Shown: piece by piece, positions 34,578-64,000 of the stretch
Numbering within the stretch: the first letter of the stretch is position 1
Layout: every line of letters begins with the position of its first letter
Source of the DNA: Phoronis australis
Lineage: Eukaryota > Animalia > Phoronida
Direction of reading: 5' to 3'
DNA: 64,000 nucleotides
Assembly: GCA_002633005.1 (NCBI GenBank)
Contig: NMRA01000057.1
Coordinates: 369,567-433,566 of the forward strand
Program-made: the position numbers and the translations under genes
The notes under the pieces: model-generated
What the model saw: only the letters and a program-made list of their open reading frames with translations
Told to the model about the DNA's origin: nothing
Databases searched by the model: none

Positions 34578-35398
34578 GTATCTTCGGAGCTCCTCGACGA
34601 ATTTTCATGCGGCAAATAGTTCCTTTTGGAGGTGCTCGACATACTCTGCGCCATCTAGTGGCCATTTTTAAAACTAATAAATACACTTGCGGTGGAGTCG
34701 CGGAGGGATATTAGTTCTTTGTGTTGCTCTTATCAACCTGGGAACGAACCAGACCAACTGCAAGTGGTGGAAATTAAAAGACACGTCTTCTAAAACGTCT
34801 AAAACGCGTGACTAATAGACTTTTGTAAGATTTTTACCCATGCAATCTCTTCAGCAAAATGGCCTCTGTATCATCGCCAAAACGTATTATGTGGCTATGA
34901 CTGGTTTCTGTCACGATACACAACCGTAAAACGACATTTTTCTTGCGACAAAAAGCACTGCACATCCGTCAGGCCAGAACATCCCTGTGAGACGAGTGCG
35001 TCATCCAGGTGACTGTAACAGGGAAGTAGTCGATAAACCTCGGACTCCGAGGTTTTTTTTCGCTGTTTGAGCTGGGTGGCTCGCTTCCTCAGCAAAAATT
35101 CCCTTCTGCTATATTGTGTCCCAAAATTAACCAAGTTTCCCCATATGAATTGGTTTTATTTCTACAAAAATATAACATATTGGTACGGTATCATGAGCGA
35201 TTTATTACACACCTCTCTGGTTCTCCTGTCTCAGCGGGTCTCCACTACTTTTCTACACCACTGATTTTATGCAACGCTTTAGCCTGTTATTGATGTGATG
35301 AGTAAGATGAAATAACATTCGGTTCTTAGTTATTGAAGATTTTGTACACATCTATTGAGTTCTGGAGAATAGGTTCGTCATTGGTCTCTAGAGGCATT

Positions 35399-36203
35399 GT
35401 ATATAATGTTGACTTACTTAGAGACGTGGTTGGTTGTTGGCAGACGTTTGGACCTGGTCCGCCAAGTCTTTGTCGATGAATGAGGGATTTCCCGCCTTAC
35501 GCTCGTTAAGAATGCTGGAGTACACGGGGGNNNNNNNNNNNNGGGGGGGTAGGTGGAGTCCTCTGTCTCGGTTCAATTCACCATGAAGACAGAACCTTAC
35601 CGTTTTTGGATCTATCCATACACGTGGTCAATAATGGCTCCATCAAAATCAAGATCTACTGGAAGCCAACACATACGGACCAATACCTCCAGTTCTTTTC
35701 CAACCACCCCTTAAAGCACAAGTATTGTGTCGCTCGTACCCTTCTGGATAGAGCTGATCGTTACATCACTGACAACCGTGACTATGTCGAAGAGGTGGAC
35801 CACGTTGAAGATGCTTTGCGAGCTAATGGATACCAGGAATGGATGTTTACTGACCCCCCTAGTCGTAAACCTACTGAAAAACTCGATGGTTCCTCCGTTG
35901 CCATCCCATACATAAGAAGAATATCTGAACGCCTACAACACACCTACAGAACCCAAGGTATTTCCTGTTATATGAACAAGGAACAAAATTGGTATACTCG
36001 TAAGCTCAAAGAGGCCATAAACATCAAGAGTCAGCGCCCCCTCTTGAACCGAGACAGAGGACTCCACCTACCCCCCCAGTACTCCAGAATTCTTAACGAG
36101 CGTTAGGTGGGAAGTCCCTCATTCATCGACAAAGACCTGGTGGACCAGGTCGAAACGTCTGCCATCAACCAACCACGTCTCTAAGTAAGTGAACATTATA
36201 TAC
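35399..36203 (+). mobile_element. 5'-truncated Penelope-like retroelement (RT C-terminus + GIY-YIG tail) with inverted pseudo-LTR
   Basis: ORF 35606-36106 contains YWKPTHTDQYL, HPLKHK and TRKLKEAINIK...LNRDRG, and is preceded in frame by FLDLSI (ttt ttg gat). 35399-35576 is the reverse complement of ~36044-36203. 13-bp direct repeat ACATCTATTGAGT at 35348-35360 and 36202-36214. Confidence 0.9.
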
Positions 36204-36335
36204 ATCTATTGAGTATTGACGAAATGAAGGAAATCGTCGTTGGGGTCTCTCAGGTAGGACATGAAATGCTATTGTTTTATTCTTCAAATAGGCCAAGTTT
36301 CTTCAACAGTTTCTTCTGTATACGCAACGAGAACA

Positions 36336-38808
36336 ATGGAGAAAAATGGACTTAAGTTAGTGTTAGTTGGTGGTGTCATTGCTGCTGCATTGTTGCTGGG
36401 CGGAGCCAGAGATGCAGCCGGTGGAGTGCTGCTACAGGTCGTCATAGTAACCGGGGCAGTGTCTGTCGTGACTGCAGCAGCAAAAGGAGCGTCAGCAGCT
36501 TCAGGAGCATTAGCAGCGGTAACATTATTAATAATAGGAACTGTAGCAGTTAAAGTCCATGGCTCAGGGACAGGCAGCAACGTTGAAATGACAAGTATGT
36601 TGGGGAAATGTGCTATAGTGTTGTCTTCAACGTTATCTGTACTAGTCTTATCTGCCGTGACACTGTTGGCCGCCGTGCCGGGGATAGCAAATACCGGAAA
36701 AAAATCAGAGCCAGTGGCTGCAGCCGGGAGTAAAACGGCAGCAACAGCAGTGATCGCAGCGGCAGCTTCAGCGGCGGGAGTAGTGACGGTGGTGGGAACA
36801 GTTGCAGGAGTCGGGGATGTGGCAGTTGTGGGAGGCGCATTGGAGGTTACAGTTGTGGCAATAACAACAGGGACCGTCCTACTGGTGAGTATACTGCGCG
36901 CGAATTCGAGCGACTGTAATTAAACAATGATGCGTTGCACAGACACAAGACGGTTGGAAAAGCCAGGTCACGCGAGACCATGCAAAGTCACGCGAATGTT
37001 TAGCGTGTATGCTAATATTACTAGCCTAGGCTATCCTAAAAAAATGGTAGCCATGAAAGTGTTGAATTATGAGATAGAATTCATTGATTCAGTTCCATAA
37101 GGGAAGATATTTCGACCCAAATGCTTCACGAGTGTCTTGCGTCTACGGAAACTCACCCGACCGAGACAGACTTGTCTTGCTTATATCACTAGCTGTATGT
37201 TATATTAAGCCCGGTCTGAGTAGACTAACTGCAAGACATTAGCTTGCACTTACAGCGAGAAATCACTTCCTATGGAACGGAAACGGTGAATTCGACAGTC
37301 TAATCTCGCCGACTAATGACTTCAGTTGGAAACATTTTGCTTTGATAAGCCAGCAATCTCCCGAGCATACCTGTACTCACGAAACACTCGCTTTTCATTT
37401 CGCGACGTTTGCGAGGTCTTGGGGATCTGATTTTTCTCGCAAGAAACTAGGTGTGCGGAGGGCTCCCCTGGGCCTTCACTGGAAAACTTTACCAAACTTT
37501 TGTTTGTAAAGTCGACCAAACTTAGAATTTCGTGATATTTTGGGTGAGTTTGGCAACCAGCCTTCACTATCAAATTCTGACAAACGTTTTGTTGCCAACT
37601 CTACCGAGCTGTAGTTGGTCGTGTGTAGATGTTACTTTTTTACAGAAAGCGAGTTAAGAGCAGCTTCAAAGGTACAGCCTGTTCACCATCTGTGTTCTTA
37701 TCAAACGAATTTTGCTCACAGGTAATTTATATGTACAGTCGTATAATTTTCAACTGTCGTCCTGTTTGTGCACATTCATTTCAATTTAGTTACTACCTGT
37801 AATACATGTAGGTAGCTTACCATGTTTTTGATATCCATACGTACCTTTTTCCGAATATAGATTAGGCTGTATGCTTGTGTACAAGAAATGCTTATACCAA
37901 ACTGTGACATTGTCTGAATGAATTTCTTGGGAGTTACGTAGAAAAACATCCCGGTAGCATTAATACAGTTTGTAAGCACAGTTTTTTTACAGACAAGAGC
38001 TTGTGTTGGAGTTACTACATTCAAACCACAGGAGGCTAATTCGCATAGAAACCGAATGATTCGCGTGTTTGATCAGCTATTGGAAGAGTCGACCAAAGAC
38101 GGCAAACGGAATCGTAAGGTTTACTTTTATACGTGGACTAAACCGTTTGAGACAGGAAATCGTCCTCTGGATCGTCATCTTGCGCTCAACATAACTCTTG
38201 ACAAACGTCATTTTGCTAGCATAGAGCTGTGCAAGAACCGTGGGAAAAACACTATCTATCCTGACTCGAAGTTCAGGAATATGGATGACGCGAAAGTAAG
38301 CTCAGAACTTCGATACGCTGGCTCAAAAGCTCTAACAGATGAAATCTTTAACAACGCCGCCGAATACTTTGTGGATACTTCTGTTGAGTGCATGTCGAAA
38401 TTTGGTGGATACGACTTTTTGTTGAACAACTGCCAAAATTTTGTCTTTCAGTATTTAAACCAACTGCATGTTGAAGTAAGCTGGACACTTCTTCAAGTAT
38501 TACGCCTTATTATGGATGACGCCGACGTTAGTCGCCTGATGCATGGACTCTTCATATTTTTGCCTTTCCTTATATGTATTCCTGGTGTAATAATCGTAAC
38601 CCATCCTTTTATTTTGGATGAATATCCAAGTTTCACATTCGCTTTACTGTGTATAGATTTGATAGTGACTCTCAGTTTTGCGCCTACTTGCGCTCTAACG
38701 CTGGCACGAGGTATTTTGCGTGGAGAAATACCCGCGCTTCAAGCGGCGTTTTACTTCTGCGCTGTCATCGCTATTGAACTATGTCTACTTCTTTGTATTG
38801 CAGTTTAG
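36336..38808 (+). CDS. Uncharacterised multi-pass membrane protein with permuted papain-like (PPPDE/LRAT-type) domain, paralog 2 (~454 aa)
   Basis: Exon 36336-36884 (ATG GAG AAA...CTA CTG|gtgagt) splices in phase 0 to exon 37993-38808 (ttttacag|ACA AGA). TRACVGVTTFKPQEANSHRNRM aligns with paralog 1 ITAWSSKNVFKPEEVNSHKNRM. LDRHL...YDFLLNNCQNF. Upstream acceptor at 36291. Confidence 0.8.
37066..37295. repeat. Palindromic MITE-like repeat; related copy at ~54600-54660
   Basis: gaattcattgattcagttccataag vs cctatggaacggaaacggtgaattc. The same arm, cttatggaacggaaactgtgaattc, occurs at ~54623. Confidence 0.55.
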
Positions 38809-39269
38809 TATTCGAACGTATTCACCAGTTCATTCGAATAACACAGTTGCCGCACTAAGAAACACAGTGTTCCTTACTTATAAATACGCTTTACGGCCCC
38901 CAGAGATAAACCCAGTTCACCGATTAAAAATCATGCCTGGATGCAGAGATCGACACACCGACAGCCAAACACAGTGCCAGACAATCTCTCAAACCTTGGC
39001 TTACACCCCTTCCAAAAAAAAAACAACTCACCAACTCACGGCGCTAGTGCCCGAACTCACAAACATCGTGCGCCAAGTTTTTAGTAGGGTGCCTCGTTTT
39101 TAGATACGGAATGCAATGCTTTTTAAGCCCGATTCAGTATTAGGTGGTCGTTCAGTCGCGTTTCTGATTCGGTGAAATAGTCTATTGGGCTCGTGACCTG
39201 TGTTTTAGGTCTAAGACCACGGTTTGGGCCTTTGTAGCTGATCACATTTCTTTTTGGCCAAAATATGAG

Positions 39270-39529
39270 TACGAACTTTAAAATCAGCGCACACGTGAAC
39301 AAAGACATTGTATTAGTCGACTTTCTGTTCATTATCGCTTTTCCAAGATCTGATCACTCTCTTCCCTCACACTGCATTTTGATGTGTACCAGTGCAGACT
39401 GTTCTCGACTAGTGTTACCTGACTGGAGTATTGTGAGCATTTTTCTTGAGAACGGTTTAGTGATAAAAACCGAAACGTCGACTAACACAATGTCTTTGTT
39501 AATGTATGAGCTGATTTTAAAGATTTTGT
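39270..39529 (+). mobile_element. Penelope-like pseudo-LTR remnant with ~70-bp inverted arms and variant hammerhead motif
   Basis: 39270-39338 is the reverse complement of 39460-39529. TTGAGAA-C-GGTTT...AAACC-GAAACGTC at 39446-39479. Confidence 0.6.
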
Positions 39530-40976
39530 AGCTGCCGCAAATGGATGAGGTTTGAAGCACATTCTGTGCCAATTTTTCAGAGGGAAGTTCCAAGGCAAGA
39601 AAAACATGGTTTTGCTGAATTTCTTCGTCGTTGAGAAACCCCATCGCGTGCACTTACTGTCAGTTATACATTTTTAAGTGTCTTGAGAGAATTATATCCT
39701 ATTCAACAATAACCCCAACATGTTTTTTTTTGGTTGTGAAATCTATAATTTATATTTATAGGACTGACTGTTCATTGTAATTCCAGAATAAACTTGGAAG
39801 ATCACTGAACCTGGACTTTCATCAAACTTTGTGCACGTAATCCAATAATATGTAATAATGTAGCACACGCATAGAAAACAAAAAGTAACGCCGTTTTCGT
39901 TGCAGGTCAATGGCCATGAGTCCCATAACCTTCTACTTTGATATGCGCAGTAGATCAATGAACACTTACGTCAACTTCCTAATACAAATGGAGTACACCG
40001 ATGTATTTCTTAGCAACATCGGTCACGGATTTGTTTCAGAATTAACTCGGATTTTACTTTCTCTGCCCATTTTGGGCCGGACTTGCCTTTCAACATATTA
40101 GTAGCGTAACATTGCAGTGCTGGCCAGCATTGACTTAGAACTAAGACTCGATAGGTCTCAGTTTGGAACAATTAGTAGTTGTTTTCAAAGCAAGGGCATA
40201 GAAAGAACTTAGAGTTCGTTATTTCTTGATACCTAGTTGGCTTGTCAACGCGAGTCATTTTATTCGCCATGCATGGACTCAACCAATAGCGAACAGAACC
40301 AGTTCTTTACAATACAGAAATTACTTCTCTTTAGTAAGGAACAAGGTGAGACCATTTTTATTGCAGTAATTAGTGTTCCCAATCAACAGTTCGCTTCTTG
40401 CACTGATCGCTTTCAATACACTTTACAAAACATAAGCTGAAACCGACCAGTTGATAGAAAGTGTAATTGCGAAGTATTTTGTCATGTTTCTGTATGTGCG
40501 AGTTTTCAAAGATTTTGTGAATACAAATAAGTATTAAAAATTTATTGAACTTGGAATATGAAGTAGCATCATTATTACACATATTTCATGTATTGAGAAT
40601 TGACTTTGAATGGTGTCACAAGATGATAAGCAATCGATAGGACCAGAAAGAAACGCAATGAAATAACGAGCAAGATATAAACTCATCGCATTATCCGTGT
40701 ATGTGATACCCTAACTGTTCTAACAACTGGACCAGTCATTGCACTTAAAATGATATTTAAGTATGATTTTTGCTCAAAGCGACTAGAGTATAGGTCTTGT
40801 TTTACAAGGCTTGGTCTCATTTGAGTTTAAAGGAAACTAAACTGGTTTCGCAGCTCTATTCACAAAAATTGCAGTGTCCGAAAAACATGGCCACACGACT
40901 TTACATGCTGTTGGAGAACCTTGCTTTGCTTTTCTGTCCAGGCATCCAGATCCGGTTGGGTGTTGCAGACGGACAT

Positions 40977-62595
<21,619 letters not shown>

Positions 62596-64000
62596 CTACA
62601 GTGTTGGGAATGGAAACTAGATGTTAGAATGAGAGACTAATTAATCGCTAAAGCGTCTTAGCGCAGTGCTCTCACAATGTCGCCTGCCGCAGGTACTGCT
62701 CAGTGTCGATTTCCTCAGCGAAATAGATTATCTGTACTTCAAGCGAGTCATCGTTTTCGCCCCTGAGAGGAGCAGTATGGTGATTTATTTCAGGGGAGAG
62801 TATTTTGCAGACATTTTTTGTGTTTGTTCATCATTCTCTTCATTCTAAATATGCCCAAGCTATTTCCCAACCGTAGATTTTCTTCGTGAACGCATTCAAA
62901 AGTTTCGATAATTTCAGAAATAGGTTCATGAGTCTTTTACAAATTCACACTCCATGTCGCGTCATTTGCCATCGCGTCGAATATCAATTCCGCCTCACAA
63001 AACAACAACTATGTTAAATCAGCTTTGCAACGTAGTGTTTTTCGAAGATGAACCTTTCTTCCAGTAAGTAATCGCGAAAAGTAAAGGTGACAAAAATGTC
63101 GACGGGTCTTTATACAGCGATCCGATTGTACCGCTATTAAGGTTACCTAGGACCCTAGAAAAATGTCAAAATATGGCTGACTTTGGAACATCACATCTGA
63201 GACATGGCTGTTGGGATTCATAGGACATTGTCAGATACTGTGCTTCATGCTCCGTCTCATCAAAGGTACCAACCAGAAGTTGTTTTTAAAGCGTTCCAAT
63301 TTTGCTTGAGAGGGTATTAAAATAGAAGTTTTACGATTTTCATGAAAAAGCTTTAAGATTGTACAAAACTAAAACGAAATGATACTTTAGGAAACCGTAA
63401 CAAAATGTTTGAGATCCCACCTTGAACATTATATCAAAAAATTAAATTGACCATATTTTTGACACCGTTGTTTTGCGATCAATGTGCCTCTGTTTTTTTT
63501 GCTAAATTTTACTAAAAACACATGGTCACGTCACCTAATCAGTGGTAAATTGGTAAAAAGTTAAAAACCAAATGCTACAAGCTTTCTACGTTCAGAAAAT
63601 ATATATACTTTTAATGAGTTGAAATTTAGAGTTTAGTAGATATTTGGCTAAATACACAGACTTGGTCTTGTTGGACCTTAACTGTTAGCTTTCTGAATTT
63701 TTTATTGATGGAATAGAGGTGAGGAGGTCAAAGTTGATGCCACGGAGAGAAATTATCAAAGTGCTAAAAAGTATCGAATCCTTTCTAGTGTCGGTTACAC
63801 TTTTCCGGGGATTCATGAGAAATATCAGCATCCGTGCATTCAAACATCCTGCCTCTCGTTCAGTAATGCTAGGACCTCGCTTAAAAGCAAGACTTCGCGA
63901 GATGTTGCCGTGTATTTTAAATGAGAACACGTGAGTTTGGCTAGATTTTCGCTAGGTCCTAGCGTTACTGAAGGCACGCCCGATATGCCGACTAATGATT

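Noticed and set aside
34229-34654. 141-aa minus-strand ORF
   Set aside because: Runs through a GC-rich MITE; no coding signature.
63137-63972. Possible TTAA-type DNA element with CTAGGACC(C)TAG ends
   Set aside because: The terminal match is too degraded to define boundaries.

Overview
This is intron-rich animal (bilaterian invertebrate-like) genomic DNA with three gene blocks. (1) The 3' half of CAD on the + strand: 20 exons, 468-22492, encoding the CPSase C-terminus, DHOase and ATCase. (2) A tandem pair of uncharacterised two-coding-exon genes on the + strand (31348-33912 and 36336-38808). Each joins an Ala/Gly/Val-rich multi-TM exon in frame to a permuted papain-like (PPPDE/LRAT-type, H...NCQNF) domain with C-terminal TM helices. 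(3) One sucrase-isomaltase/maltase-glucoamylase-like GH31 gene on the - strand: 33 exons, 62595-40977, with two catalytic modules joined in frame through a 4-Cys trefoil exon; its 5' end lies outside the window. Non-coding DNA holds a Helentron/HINE-type element with about 8 CTCF-like motifs at ~150-bp spacing and several Penelope-like element remnants. One of these remnants is an intact-looking minimal hammerhead ribozyme, sense-oriented in a GH31 intron. There are also a Tc1/mariner relic, MITEs and small tandem duplications. All gene models were read by eye from splice signals and frame continuity; no searches were run.
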